The notes below the pieces were generated by a model. That model was not told the DNA's origin, searched no databases, and saw only the letters and a program-made list of their open reading frames with translations. A DNA stretch of 52,795 bases from a virus (Duplodnaviria; Caudoviricetes): positions 1 through 52,795 of IMG/VR virus record IMGVR_UViG_3300043786_001648. The stretch is one strand, 5' to 3'. This document shows positions 15,862 through 26,241 of this stretch, piece by piece (within the stretch, counting starts at the first letter, position 1; each line of letters opens with the position of its first letter). Made by a program: the position numbers and the translations under genes.

Positions 15862-16425
15862 ATGGCAAACAGCAAGATCAGCGCGATGTTCGCAGCACAG
15901 AAGAAGGCGTTCGGAGACGCCAACCCCGACACCGGCGTGGGCGGCCTCGGCGAGTGGCCGGCCGAGGGGGAGCACGACTGCTATGTCCTCGCGCTCGAGG
16001 TCAACGACAAGGCGACCTACAAGTTCCAGGACCCGCAGGGCCAGGCCGTCGAGCTGCCGGCCACGGAGTTCCGCTTCCGCTACCAGCTCCTCAACGACGA
16101 GACCAACCCCGACAGCCCGCTCGTGTGGGGCGGCGCCCCGTTCGGATTCCCCGATGACGCCTCCCGCGTCACCGCCGAGGGCCGCCGCACCGGCCTTCAG
16201 ATCGAGCGCAACCGCTTCTGCGGCCATCTCTCGACCCTGCTTGGAACCAAGGTCGGAACCGCCGATGGTCTCGATGTTGCCGACGCGATCGAGAAGGTGA
16301 TCTCCACCCTCTCCTCCGACAAGCAGGTCGTGGCCACCGTCCGCTGCCAGTACCGCAAGGGCAAGGGCAACAGCGCGAGCCGCATCTACAAGACGGAGTT
16401 CCTCAACAAGCTCCTGTCGGCCTGA
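15862..16425 (+). CDS. Putative single-stranded DNA-binding protein
   Basis: AGGAG RBS; P.EGEHDCYV N-terminal motif and position after the Sak4-like gene; function inferred from synteny. Confidence 0.55.
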   Translation: MANSKISAMFAAQKKAFGDANPDTGVGGLGEWPAEGEHDCYVLALEVNDKATYKFQDPQGQAVELPATEFRFRYQLLNDETNPDSPLVWGGAPFGFPDDASRVTAEGRRTGLQIERNRFCGHLSTLLGTKVGTADGLDVADAIEKVISTLSSDKQVVATVRCQYRKGKGNSASRIYKTEFLNKLLSA

Positions 16426-16443
16426 TCCGCACCCCCACTGATA

Positions 16444-16474
16444 GAGGGGGTGGGGCCCACAAGCTCCACCCCCT
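16444..16474 (+). terminator. GC-rich hairpin after the replication operon
   Basis: GAGGGGGTGGGG-loop-CTCCACCCCCTC; no clear U-tract; adjacent to the 9-mer at 16432. Confidence 0.45.
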
Positions 16475-16563
16475 CCACACAGTTCTCCCTCGGTCAGGGA
16501 GCCGGGAGTGCATCCGCGCCTTCCTCACGGACAAGTGTCATGTCTCCACTTGAAAGCGCAGCG

Positions 16564-17109
16564 ATGGATCAGCCTACTGAGCCCCCGGCTCCCTTCACCG
16601 ACCACCTGGTCAAGGGCTCTCTCGAGGTCCGCTCGAAGGCCCACAGGCCATGGGTGCTCCCCATGCCCCTGAAGGCCCAGTTCACAGGATTGTCGGGGGC
16701 AGGAGTCCAGTACCCGGGGACTCCTGCCTCCGGCCTCCTCAAGGCCCGCGTCCACGTCCTCCCCACCATGCTCCTGTTCCCGGGATCCAGTGGGGGTTTC
16801 AAGCACTGGCTCGTCCTGTCCGCGGCGGAGGACCAGGACACGGCGGCACAGGCGCAGTTCGAGTTCGAGCAGGGTCCGTACCATCGCGTGGACGGTCCTC
16901 TCTGCAAGGGCATCCTGCACGGCTCGAGGCACGGACTGCACATGATCGACGCCGACCTTCCGGCCAGCACTCTTTCCTCCTTGGCGACCAGGATCCTGGA
17001 ACTTGACTCCAGCTCCAGGATCCTGGTACGCCTTTCCCCCCGGCAGATGCCGGTGCAGCTCCGCACGTTCAGGGACTCGTCCCTGATCCAGCTGTGGTGC
17101 CCGGTCTAG
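16564..17109 (+). CDS. Hypothetical protein (start uncertain)
   Basis: ORF ends with its stop overlapping the convergent gene's stop (CTAG). Confidence 0.55.
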   Translation: MDQPTEPPAPFTDHLVKGSLEVRSKAHRPWVLPMPLKAQFTGLSGAGVQYPGTPASGLLKARVHVLPTMLLFPGSSGGFKHWLVLSAAEDQDTAAQAQFEFEQGPYHRVDGPLCKGILHGSRHGLHMIDADLPASTLSSLATRILELDSSSRILVRLSPRQMPVQLRTFRDSSLIQLWCPV

Positions 17110-20100
17110 TAGGAGCCGAAGGGCTCGAAACCCCCACTGGATGCAGCGGCTACGGCCTGCTGCTCGGGGCTCAGGACCACGGGGTCGATGCGCCTGGCCT
17201 GCATGCGCTGACGCGCGGTGTCGGCGCCCGTGAGCGCCTCCTCCGGCAACCCCAGGTTCTCGGCGCGGCCAGCCGCCATCTGCTGGAACATGGGCCGCTG
17301 GTCCGGAGGCATGCGGTCGAGGATCCTCTCGGTCCTCGAGACCGTCCTGTTCTTGACGGCGTCGTCCAGCTGCTCCTTGCTGATGGTCAGCTCCATGCCG
17401 TAGCGCCGCTTGAACTCGGCGCGGATCGACTGCATCTTGGGGATCTCGTTCGACAGCAGCGCCTGGATGGCCCGCTGCCGGTACTGCACGATCTGCTCCC
17501 GGTTCTTCAGGAGGAACCCGTCGAAGTCGGCGGTCTCCTTGAACGCATTCAGGTCGACGCCGAGCTGCCGCGCGAAGATCATGCCCGGGGACTGGAAGTC
17601 CACCAGGGTGCCGTCCCTCTTGAACACGGGGATCAGGCCGTCCTCGGTGCGGCGCGACGGATCGATGTAGGTCTTCTGCAGGAAGTCGATCGGGGCCGGC
17701 GCCTCGGGTGCCATGCCCAGCGCGCGCGAGAGGGCCACGCCGCCGGGCACGAGCCGGGGGATGTTGTTGCGCAGCAGCTCGTGCTGGCCCGGGTCGAGGG
17801 CGCCCCGGATGATGTTCATCGGGATGTCGACCACGGGCGGGATCGGGATGTACTCGTTGCCGTCCTGGAAGAACCGGTCGCCGCCGACCACCTGCGTGAG
17901 GCTGGCGCCGTAGAGACCGGGCGCAAGGTTGACGCCGAAGGTGTTCTTGCCCACCTCGTAGAAGATGGCGCTGATGCCCATGCCGCGGATGAAGTCCTGC
18001 GTCATGCCCTTGAGCCGGCCGCGCCCGCCCAGCCGCCCGGCCTCGTAGGTGAAGCTCGTGGCGCTGCGCACGGGGAAGCTGAGGAACTGCCGGAACAGCG
18101 GGTTGTTGCCCGCGCGGCCGAACGGGCTCACGCCCTGGAACGCCATCGGCGTGTTGAGCGCGTTGCCGCCGAACTGGGTCGAGCCCACGAAGTCGTCGAC
18201 GTCCCTCAGCAGCCGCTGGTACCCGGGCGTTCCCTTCGAGATGTCGATGCCCTTGCTCCTGTACAGGTTCTCGACGGTGTTGGCGGCGACCGTGCGGTTC
18301 AGCCACTCGGCCTTCTCGAACAGCTTCATCGGGTAGTCGTAGAAGTACGACTCCTTGCGGCCCACGCCCGCGAGCGCGTCCGACTGGTAGGAGATGTTGT
18401 CGAGCGTCGAGAAGGTGTCGCGCCCGATCTGCAGCAGGTTCTCGCCGTCGACGTCCGCGTACTTGAAGTGCTTCGAGATCAGGGCGCGGTGGTCCTCGTC
18501 GGTCAGCGCCTTGAAGCCGTGCTTGCCGACGCGCTCCCCGATGTACCCGCCGAGCTCCTTGAACGCCGTGGTATACGCCTTCAGCACATTGGGAAGGCCG
18601 GCGTAGCTGGCGGCCAGCAGCAGCGGCTGCATCATGTTCATCGTGACGCTTCCCAGGTTGATGCCGAGGTGCGTCACGTAGAAGTACCGGGCCAGCTCGC
18701 CGCTCACGCTCTTGGCCTTGCCGAACGTCAGCTCCGAGTCGGCCACCCCCTCGAGCCTCGAGTACAGGCCCTTGCCCCAGTCGCCCGAGTCCCTCATCGC
18801 CTTGCCGATGCCGCTGTCGAGCAGCGTCCTCAGCCCCTGCTTCCCCTTCATCAGCGCCATCTGCGTGGCCACGTGCTCCGTCTTCTGCACGCCCGTGGCG
18901 CCCCGCAGGATCGTCTCGATCGCCTCCTTGGCGAACCGGTCCTCGAGCAGGAAGTGCTCCTCCTGGAACACCTGGGCCAGGCTCTTCCTGCCCGGGTCCA
19001 CGAGGCCAGACGACGCCCGCATCGCGTCGATCTCCTTCAGCTTCTCGGGCTTCGCCGCGCCCCGCGTGTCCTTGACCGCCTGCGCCAGCTTCGGCAGCTG
19101 GTCCTCGGTCTGCACGTACAGCGCGTGCGTCACGCCCGTGTCCCGGAAGTACCTCGACAGCGACTCCTGCGCGTTCATCCTGTAGGTCCGCGCGGCCTCG
19201 CCCCTGTCCTGGATTCCGCGCACCCGCTTCTGGCTGCGACCCAGCAGCTTGTCGCCCTCGGCCGTCCTGCCGAACCTCGAGAACATCCGCTCGAGGTCCT
19301 CCGGGTCCCACACGCCGGCCGTGCTGGTGCGGCTGAGGGCGCTGCCCGTGGCCACCAGGCTGCGGCTCCTCCGCTGCTCGAGCACCTCCTGCATGCTCCT
19401 CGAGCCCTTGAGGTCGATGATGTTCCGCGGCATGTAGAACTCGGGCTGGCCCTCGATCATCTTCCGGAGGTGGCCCACCATGGCCTGCTTGTCCACGGCG
19501 CCGCGCGCGATCGCCGCGCTCATCTCCGGACCCAGCATGGCCGCGGCCATCTCGGCGCCCACGCCCTTGAACGCGCCATCCTGCCTGAACCCCATCCTGA
19601 TTCCCTGCCACGCCCTCAGCAGCTTCTGCTCGTCGGCCACGAACTTGCCCACGCGGGCGCTCGCCGCCTCGTCCCCGAACAGCTTCATCCTGCGGTCTGC
19701 CATGGCTCCCCTGTACGCATCCCTCAGCTTCTCGATCCCCAGCCTCCTGACCACCCCGTCCATGTCCTGGGCCACCACCGCCTTGGCCACGTCCTCGCTG
19801 ACCTCCACGTCCCAGCCGCCACGCTGCCGCCACTCCTTCGCCGTGTGCTTGCCGCCCCTCTTCTTCGACACGAACTTCTGCCCGTCGATCGTCCGCACCA
19901 TCTTCAGCACGGTCGTCCGGCTCTCCCTGTCGAGCCCGGCCAGCGACGCATAGAGCGCGTCGTTCAGCTCCTGGGCCCTCGCCTTCTTGACCGCATCCGT
20001 CATCAGCTCCGGGTTCAGGCTCTCCAATCCCTCCCGCTCGAGCACCTCCCGCAGCGGCGCCGCCACCCGCCCCATCATCTCCTCCTCCAGCCGGTTCACG

Positions 20101-20525
20101 TCCTTCATAAAGGCCTGGGTCGCCGGCGTCAGCGCCGTGCCCCTGAACAGCTGCTGCGGGGCCAGCGCCCCCAAGGCCGCGTGCATTCCACCCTGCTCCT
20201 TCACGAACGGGCTGAACTTGCCGCCCATGTCGAAGATGGCCTTGCCCGTCCTCGACAGCATGGTTCCCCCCACTGGACTGGTGACCGCCATCAGCAGCAC
20301 GAACGGGTTCGTCACGATGTCGACCACCGCGTCCGTCACCGAGTTCCTGCCGATCTGGTCCTTCAGCCGCTCCGTGAACGAGTCCCTCTCGACCGGGCTC
20401 AGCCCGTCCGAATCGACGAGCGTCTGCAGCGCCCCTCTCAACGTGATCTCGTTGTCAAGGGCCTGGGTCAGCAGGATCTGGGGCTTGTCGTAGCTCGAGA
20501 TTCCCTGGTAGCTGAAGGCGGTCAT
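17106..20525 (-). CDS. Large internal virion / DNA-ejection-type protein
   Basis: 1139 aa, helical; last gene of the late arm; GGAG RBS; function inferred from size and position. Confidence 0.65.
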   Translation of the reverse strand: MTAFSYQGISSYDKPQILLTQALDNEITLRGALQTLVDSDGLSPVERDSFTERLKDQIGRNSVTDAVVDIVTNPFVLLMAVTSPVGGTMLSRTGKAIFDMGGKFSPFVKEQGGMHAALGALAPQQLFRGTALTPATQAFMKDVNRLEEEMMGRVAAPLREVLEREGLESLNPELMTDAVKKARAQELNDALYASLAGLDRESRTTVLKMVRTIDGQKFVSKKRGGKHTAKEWRQRGGWDVEVSEDVAKAVVAQDMDGVVRRLGIEKLRDAYRGAMADRRMKLFGDEAASARVGKFVADEQKLLRAWQGIRMGFRQDGAFKGVGAEMAAAMLGPEMSAAIARGAVDKQAMVGHLRKMIEGQPEFYMPRNIIDLKGSRSMQEVLEQRRSRSLVATGSALSRTSTAGVWDPEDLERMFSRFGRTAEGDKLLGRSQKRVRGIQDRGEAARTYRMNAQESLSRYFRDTGVTHALYVQTEDQLPKLAQAVKDTRGAAKPEKLKEIDAMRASSGLVDPGRKSLAQVFQEEHFLLEDRFAKEAIETILRGATGVQKTEHVATQMALMKGKQGLRTLLDSGIGKAMRDSGDWGKGLYSRLEGVADSELTFGKAKSVSGELARYFYVTHLGINLGSVTMNMMQPLLLAASYAGLPNVLKAYTTAFKELGGYIGERVGKHGFKALTDEDHRALISKHFKYADVDGENLLQIGRDTFSTLDNISYQSDALAGVGRKESYFYDYPMKLFEKAEWLNRTVAANTVENLYRSKGIDISKGTPGYQRLLRDVDDFVGSTQFGGNALNTPMAFQGVSPFGRAGNNPLFRQFLSFPVRSATSFTYEAGRLGGRGRLKGMTQDFIRGMGISAIFYEVGKNTFGVNLAPGLYGASLTQVVGGDRFFQDGNEYIPIPPVVDIPMNIIRGALDPGQHELLRNNIPRLVPGGVALSRALGMAPEAPAPIDFLQKTYIDPSRRTEDGLIPVFKRDGTLVDFQSPGMIFARQLGVDLNAFKETADFDGFLLKNREQIVQYRQRAIQALLSNEIPKMQSIRAEFKRRYGMELTISKEQLDDAVKNRTVSRTERILDRMPPDQRPMFQQMAAGRAENLGLPEEALTGADTARQRMQARRIDPVVLSPEQQAVAAASSGGFEPFGSY

Positions 20526-20542
20526 GGTCGCTCCATCCTCTC

Positions 20543-20577
20543 AAAAGAAGAAGCCGCCCCATAGGAGCGGCCTCCTC
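20543..20577 (-). terminator. Rho-independent terminator
   Basis: On - strand: GGAGGCCGCTCC-tat-GGGGCGGCTTC-TTCTTTT. Confidence 0.75.
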
Positions 20578-20599
20578 CAAGGGGAGAAAAATGCTCGAA

Positions 20600-21076
20600 T
20601 CAGAACTGGCTGCGCCACCTCAGAAGGATCGACGCCGGACCCGTCACGCCCGTCGCGGCCGCGCTGGCGCACAGCCACAGGTACGACCCTGCCTTGATGA
20701 TGTTTCCCCGTTCGGTGCTGTCCGTCGCCACGAACCCCTGCGTCACGCCTCCCTGGACCAGCTTGTCCCACGTCACCTGCAAGGGATACGTGGCGCCCGT
20801 CAACAGGTTGACGGCCGAAGTGACGTCCGTCTGACCGGCGACCGGTGTGGCGAAGTTCGGAATACCTCCGTTGGAGAGCTTCAGGAGCTTCACGTTGATG
20901 CCCGGGGCGCCGTTGCTGATGTTGTCCGGCAGCGTCAACACGACCTCGTCCAGCACGACGTCCCGATCGAAGTACCAAAGCAGGACGTTCGCCGCGGCCA
21001 ATGTGCCCAAGTTGGCCACATGAACCATGAAGTCGTTCGGGTAGTGACGGGTTTCAAGCGGGATCTGGGTAGGCAT
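20600..21076 (-). CDS. Putative small structural (decoration-like) protein
   Basis: 158 aa, beta-rich composition, GAGGT RBS, own terminator. Confidence 0.65.
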   Translation of the reverse strand: MPTQIPLETRHYPNDFMVHVANLGTLAAANVLLWYFDRDVVLDEVVLTLPDNISNGAPGINVKLLKLSNGGIPNFATPVAGQTDVTSAVNLLTGATYPLQVTWDKLVQGGVTQGFVATDSTERGNIIKAGSYLWLCASAAATGVTGPASILLRWRSQF

Positions 21077-21084
21077 GGAGCACC

Positions 21085-21594
21085 TCAGTAGGAAGAGATC
21101 AGGTTGCGGAGCGCATCGGGAGATTCAGGGGCCGACTGGGGTCTTTCAAAGCCCCCTGTCGCCATTTGGTAGGCCACGCTCTCGAGGAAGTCGCTCTTCT
21201 CGGCACCCCCGATCACGACGGCGCCCTGCGGCAGCGTCCGTCCGACCAGCAGCTGATTGTACAGCTGCGGGTTCGCGGCGGCCAGCCTCGCCATGTTGTC
21301 CGCCATCGCCCTCTGGAGCCGCTGCGCCCTCAGCGCCTGGGCCTGCTCTCCCCTCCTCCTGCGCTGCTCGGCCTCGAGCATCTTGTTGAAGCCCTTGAAC
21401 TCGTCCTTCGCCGCGCCCGCCAGCCCGGACGCGATGTCGCCGGCGAACAGCGCCGTCGGCAGCCCAACACCCAGCGCGAGCGTGGGCGTGCTGAAGTCGA
21501 ACCCTGCGCCCTGGGCGCCCTTGGCCACCTTGCCGGCCGCCGGCTTCAGCAGCGATCCCAGCTTCTTGAACGCCTCTCCTGCGATCCTGCTCAT
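21085..21594 (-). CDS. Hypothetical virion-associated protein
   Basis: MSRIAGEAF..., GAGGT RBS, ATGA overlap; Gly/Ala hydrophobic segment + coiled coil. Confidence 0.7.
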   Translation of the reverse strand: MSRIAGEAFKKLGSLLKPAAGKVAKGAQGAGFDFSTPTLALGVGLPTALFAGDIASGLAGAAKDEFKGFNKMLEAEQRRRRGEQAQALRAQRLQRAMADNMARLAAANPQLYNQLLVGRTLPQGAVVIGGAEKSDFLESVAYQMATGGFERPQSAPESPDALRNLISSY

Positions 21595-21953
21595 TGGCCC
21601 ACCTCGATGAACTGGTAGTTCTGGTCGATCCCGGCCAATCGCTCGGCCACCTTCCTGTCCGTCATGGTCGCGAGGCCCACGAGGCTCACGCCCTCCTCCT
21701 CCATCCATCTCGACCACACCCACACCCTGTCCTTGCGGCGGAGCGCGGCCGTCTTCCTCATGTCCCACAGGAACCTGCGCACGTCGGCCTTCGCCTTGAG
21801 CGCCTGTCCCTGCACGACCAGCGGCTCCCTGCTCACGTTCACCAGGACACCCCCACTGGTCTCCGTCTCCGTGACCTTCACCAGGGAGAAGCCCCGGTTG
21901 TTGTGGCTCTCGGCCACCCTGTGGCTCAGCGACTTCACCTTCTCAAGCAGCAT
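21591..21953 (-). CDS. Hypothetical protein
   Basis: 120 aa, TGATG coupling with the upstream gene. Confidence 0.7.
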   Translation of the reverse strand: MLLEKVKSLSHRVAESHNNRGFSLVKVTETETSGGVLVNVSREPLVVQGQALKAKADVRRFLWDMRKTAALRRKDRVWVWSRWMEEEGVSLVGLATMTDRKVAERLAGIDQNYQFIEVGQ

Positions 21954-24547
21954 CAGAACCTCGCCATCATCTCGGCCATGGTCGGCTGGCTGGGCATCGC
22001 GATCGACGCGAGCAGGTCCTCGTTGGACCGGATCAGCCGGTTCATGTCCGCGTTCTCACTATACACTCTCCGCATCTCGTCAAGGTCGCGCTGCCGCTGC
22101 ACGCCCGCCAGGCCGATCATGGCGTTCTGGGCGCCCAGCATCTGCCGGCCCATCGCCTCCTGCTCCATGCCCCCGCGCGCGCCGCCCAGGGCCTCCATCA
22201 CCCGGAGCCGCTCCTCGTCCCCTCGGTCCAAACTCTGGCCCTTCAGCCGGCTCAGCACCTCGTAGACGCCGAACGCGATCCCGATCGGCCCCAGGAACCT
22301 CGCCAACCCCGACAACCTCGACGCCCCCTTCGCCAGGTTCCCCGCCGCTCCCCCTCCGCCCGCTCCCGCCGCTCCACCTCCACCCGCGGCCGCGGTCGGC
22401 CCGAGCATGTCCCCGATTCCGACGCCCGGCGCCGGGGGCCTCGGGAGAGGCGAGAACGGCCGGGTCGGCTTCGGAGCCGGAGCCCCCGTCGGAGCCCCCG
22501 TCGGCGCAGGCGTAGGAGCCGGAGCCGGAGCCCCTGCCTTCGCCGCCCTCCCTGTCTTCTTGGCCGGAGCCGCAGCCGCAGCCTCGGGAGCCTCGGGCAC
22601 CTGGGGCGGAGGAGTCTCAGGGATGGGAGGCATCTTCACCCCAGGAGCCGCCGCCTTCGCCGCCTTGGCCGCTGCGGCCTTCTCCCTCCATGAGTTGATC
22701 CGCTTGTCAAGGGCTTCGGGAAGCTCCTCGATGCTCTTGTAGGGGCCCTTCTTCGCGGTCTTGTTGATCGCCTTCAGCAGCTCCTCCTCCGCCAGCCCGT
22801 CCTTTTTGAGGAGCTCGCGCAGCTTCTGCGCCCGCGAGGCCGGCATCTTCGGGGGCGCCATCTCGGAGACAGGGGGCATCCTCACCTGACCACCGGGGAC
22901 AGCCTCCTCGATGGGCGGCATGCGGACTTCGCCGCCGTCCTCGATCGAGGGCATCTTGATTCCTCCCGAGGCGTCGGCAGGCTTCGCGGAACCCCTCGAG
23001 ATCGCCTTGCCCTTCTGCTTTCCTTCCTTGATGGCCACGGCCTGCTCTCCTTGCTCAGCCCTTCGGCTGCGAATGAACCCCTGAAGCGTCTCGACGTCCT
23101 TCTCGCGCAGGTTCGCCAAGACCGCCTGCTGCGTCTTCGCGCGGCTCAGGTCGACCTTGATGCCCTGCTCCGCGATCACCTGCTTCAGCTCCTTGATCGT
23201 CTTGGCGCCCGACACCGCCCGCAGCTGGCTGAAGAGCGCCTTCTTCTGCTGGTTCATCAGCTTCTTGTTGCCCTGCAGCTTGGCCCCCATGGTCTGCCCG
23301 CGGGCCTGGATGTCCCGCTCGGCGATCTCGGCCTTCACCGCGGGCGCCGTCTTCTTGATGTCCACCACGCCCTTGCGCACGCGGCCCCCGCTGAAGAACT
23401 TCGTGTGGAGCGCCGCCATCCTGTTCATGGCGCGGTTCTGGTCCTGCGGCGTCTTTGCATCGGCGAGCTGCTTTTGCAGCTCCTTCAGCTCCTCGGCCAG
23501 CAGCGTGCCCGGACGGCCTCCCTCGAGCAGGTCGAGGGACTCGTCGAGCATCATCACCTCCTCGGCCTTCATGCGGTCGACCCTGCTGAGGAGCAGACGG
23601 TTCTGCTGCATGCGATCGCGCACGCTCTTGAGGCGCTCGCTGCTCGCCTCCCCGAAGTTCTTCTTCAGCAGGTCCTGGGTCGTGACCACCCGCTTCTCGC
23701 CGCCTCCATCCGCGTCCGGCACCATCTTGCCGGGCAGCGCCCTGGCCTCCGCCCGCGCGGCGCCCTTCTCGGCCGCCAGCTTCTTGGCCTCTTCCTTCTT
23801 CTGCGCCGGGCTCTTGGCCGCCTCCCTCTTGGCCCGGTTCGCGCGCATGGTCACGTTGGCCTTGGCCGCCGAACTCTGCGCCTCAGCCTCGAGCCAGTTG
23901 TCCATGAACCTGCGGGTATCGGCGTTGTCGGGCAGCTGGTCGAGCTGCTTGATTCCCGTGCGCGACTCGAGCAGCAGCCGGTCGGCGTCGACGCCCCGCG
24001 CGGCGGCCCTCTCCCGGAACTCGTTGGCGGCCTCCTGCCCGAGCTCCTTGACGCCGGCCTTCTCGGCCGCCTTCGGCATCGGGGGCACCACCATGGGCTC
24101 CTGCGACTTCGGCTCGTCCTTGACCTTCCGCGTCGGCTTCTTCTCCTCGCGGGTGCCCGCGGTCATCTCGCTGGCCGCCGGCTCCTTCTTGGGTGACGCC
24201 GCAGCCGCGGCCTCTGCAAGCTCCCTGTTGCGCCGCGTGACCTCGGACTCGCCCTCCGGCTCAGGCAGGGGCGTCCCCGCCTTCTTGCCCTTCTTCGCGG
24301 CGCCCGCTGCCGGCGCCGGAGCCGCCGAAGCCACGGGAGCCTCCCCCTTGTCGAGCGCCTTCAGCACATACCGGCCGTCCCTCTTGACGAAGTCCTTCTC
24401 CATGGCCTCCACGATGGCGATGGCCTGTTCGTCCCCGGCGTTCGCCTTCTCCGCGAGGTCAATCCGCGCCTGATAGACGTGCTTGATCCCCATCTTGGAG
24501 AGCTTCTCGATCTGGGCCTTGGTGAAGAAGTCCTCGAGATTCGCCAT
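21953..24547 (-). CDS. Lys/Ala-rich low-complexity protein with C-terminal hydrophobic segment (ejection-type?)
   Basis: 864 aa; repeated (I/V)(K/R)MP(P/S) motifs; FLGPIGIAFGVY. Confidence 0.75.
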   Translation of the reverse strand: MANLEDFFTKAQIEKLSKMGIKHVYQARIDLAEKANAGDEQAIAIVEAMEKDFVKRDGRYVLKALDKGEAPVASAAPAPAAGAAKKGKKAGTPLPEPEGESEVTRRNRELAEAAAAASPKKEPAASEMTAGTREEKKPTRKVKDEPKSQEPMVVPPMPKAAEKAGVKELGQEAANEFRERAAARGVDADRLLLESRTGIKQLDQLPDNADTRRFMDNWLEAEAQSSAAKANVTMRANRAKREAAKSPAQKKEEAKKLAAEKGAARAEARALPGKMVPDADGGGEKRVVTTQDLLKKNFGEASSERLKSVRDRMQQNRLLLSRVDRMKAEEVMMLDESLDLLEGGRPGTLLAEELKELQKQLADAKTPQDQNRAMNRMAALHTKFFSGGRVRKGVVDIKKTAPAVKAEIAERDIQARGQTMGAKLQGNKKLMNQQKKALFSQLRAVSGAKTIKELKQVIAEQGIKVDLSRAKTQQAVLANLREKDVETLQGFIRSRRAEQGEQAVAIKEGKQKGKAISRGSAKPADASGGIKMPSIEDGGEVRMPPIEEAVPGGQVRMPPVSEMAPPKMPASRAQKLRELLKKDGLAEEELLKAINKTAKKGPYKSIEELPEALDKRINSWREKAAAAKAAKAAAPGVKMPPIPETPPPQVPEAPEAAAAAPAKKTGRAAKAGAPAPAPTPAPTGAPTGAPAPKPTRPFSPLPRPPAPGVGIGDMLGPTAAAGGGGAAGAGGGGAAGNLAKGASRLSGLARFLGPIGIAFGVYEVLSRLKGQSLDRGDEERLRVMEALGGARGGMEQEAMGRQMLGAQNAMIGLAGVQRQRDLDEMRRVYSENADMNRLIRSNEDLLASIAMPSQPTMAEMMARF

Positions 24548-24549
24548 GG

Positions 24550-26241
24550 TCAGCCCCCGCTCCTGCTACGAACTTCCTGAAGAAGGCCCTCGAGCGCGTC
24601 CACGTTGAACTGCTCGGCTCCCGCCATCGCCGCGCCCGTGTACGCATCGGTCGCCGCCCTCTCGCGCTCGAGGAGATCCTGCGTGCCCATCGCGGTCTCG
24701 CCCGCCTGACGCTCGAGCTCGAGCACGGTCTTGGCGATCTCCTTCGGATCGAGATCGAAGCCGAGGTCCTTGAGCCGCGGGTCGTTCTCGATCAGGAGCT
24801 GCACGATCTCCTCCATCTGCGCCGGGTCCCGAAGACCGAGGCGCCTGGCCTCGTCCTGGAACTCCTGCATCTGCGGGGCCGCCTGGTCCATCGCATACGC
24901 CTGCATCGCCATCCTGTGGACACGCGGCATGTCGAACTTCACCATGTCCACGAGCTCTCCGCCCGCGAGGTCCCGCATGAACTTCTCGTCGTTGGTCACG
25001 CTCTCGATGCCGTCGACGATGGCCCCCACGCCCCGCAGCGTCTTCTCGAGGATCGCGGCCTTGTCTCCCTGGATGCCCGACGCCGCAAGACCCTGGTCCG
25101 ACACCATCGCCGACGACCCCTCGGACAGCGCCTCCAGCGAACCCAGCATCGCCAGGATCTGGGTGTCCTGCATGCCCGACGACCTCAGCTTGCCGATGCC
25201 CTCGGCCACCTTCTTCCGGGCCTCCTCGGCCACCCTCTTGTCCTCGCCCGTCGCAGGCCTCCGGATCAGCTCGTCCTCGACGCCCGACAGAACCGCGCCG
25301 TTCACGATCAGCCCGACCATCACTTCCTTGGCCGCGGCCTTCTGCTCCGGCTTCAGGCCCAGGCCCTCGTCGTAGCCCTCGAACGCCTTGTCGATCACCT
25401 GCGTCGCGAACTTGGTCGGGCTCCGCTCGGTCACGGTCATGCGCTCGCGCGTCCACTCCTCGTCGCTCAGCCCGAACGTCGCGTCCAGCAGGTTCTGCCC
25501 GAGCACCTTCCACATGCCGAGGCCCTGCGTACCCACGCCCATCACGTCTCCGAACGGGGCGGCGCGCGCGGCCTCGCCCATGAAGCCCCCGGATTCACGG
25601 GCGTTCTGGAGGATCACGTCCGACACCGCGCTCGACATCGCCTTCCGGGCCGACTCGTCGAGCGTGGTCTGCGCCTGGTGGTACGCCTGCAGCCGGGCCT
25701 CGACTTCGCGGCCGCGCTCGGTGCGCACGGTGCCCGCCAACCCCTTGGCCTCGCGTCCCGCGTTCAGCGCCTGCTCGAGGCTCCTGGCCCTCTCCTGCAT
25801 CTTCCTCTTCTCGGCGCGGAGCGCCTTCAGGGTCGGATCGTCCTTCTGCCCGGCGATCGCCTGCGCCGACAGCTGCTGCGCCTTCGCCTTGGCCCTCGCG
25901 ATCTCGAGCCCGATCTCCTGGTCGAACATGCGCAGCTCCTTGTCCTGGGCCTGCGAGGCCTGGAACTGGGACTGCTGCTGCGCCAGCTCCTGGCCCTGCA
26001 TGCGCTCGCGGCTCTCGTTCAGCTTCTGATAGTTCTCGGCCTGCGCCTGAAGGTCTCGGCGCTGCATGCCCTCCTGCATGTTCTGGCCGCGCAACTGCAC
26101 GTCCTGCGCCCTGCGCTCAAGCCCGGCGGCCCGCTGCTGGGCCTCGCGCTGGAACGTGGCCTGCTGGTTCTGCGAGGCCTGCCCAAGGAGCTGGCCCCCC
26201 GCGAGAAGACTCTCGAGCTGCTGGTTCGGTACTGAGGACAT
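24550..26241 (-). CDS. Gln-rich coiled-coil internal virion-type protein
   Basis: 563 aa, coupled to neighbours. Confidence 0.7.
   Translation of the reverse strand: MSSVPNQQLESLLAGGQLLGQASQNQQATFQREAQQRAAGLERRAQDVQLRGQNMQEGMQRRDLQAQAENYQKLNESRERMQGQELAQQQSQFQASQAQDKELRMFDQEIGLEIARAKAKAQQLSAQAIAGQKDDPTLKALRAEKRKMQERARSLEQALNAGREAKGLAGTVRTERGREVEARLQAYHQAQTTLDESARKAMSSAVSDVILQNARESGGFMGEAARAAPFGDVMGVGTQGLGMWKVLGQNLLDATFGLSDEEWTRERMTVTERSPTKFATQVIDKAFEGYDEGLGLKPEQKAAAKEVMVGLIVNGAVLSGVEDELIRRPATGEDKRVAEEARKKVAEGIGKLRSSGMQDTQILAMLGSLEALSEGSSAMVSDQGLAASGIQGDKAAILEKTLRGVGAIVDGIESVTNDEKFMRDLAGGELVDMVKFDMPRVHRMAMQAYAMDQAAPQMQEFQDEARRLGLRDPAQMEEIVQLLIENDPRLKDLGFDLDPKEIAKTVLELERQAGETAMGTQDLLERERAATDAYTGAAMAGAEQFNVDALEGLLQEVRSRSGG

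Noticed and set aside
16525-20564. Very long alternative ORFs (1102 aa on -, 1156 aa on +; likewise 47905-50964, 36932-39316, 43245-45218)
   Set aside because: Shadow frames of real genes in high-GC, strongly codon-biased DNA; Arg/Gly/Pro-rich or antisense composition with no motifs or RBS.
22058-22083. TTGACG...TATAGT on the - strand
   Set aside because: The spacer is only 14 nt, so it was not called as a promoter despite the atypical local codons.
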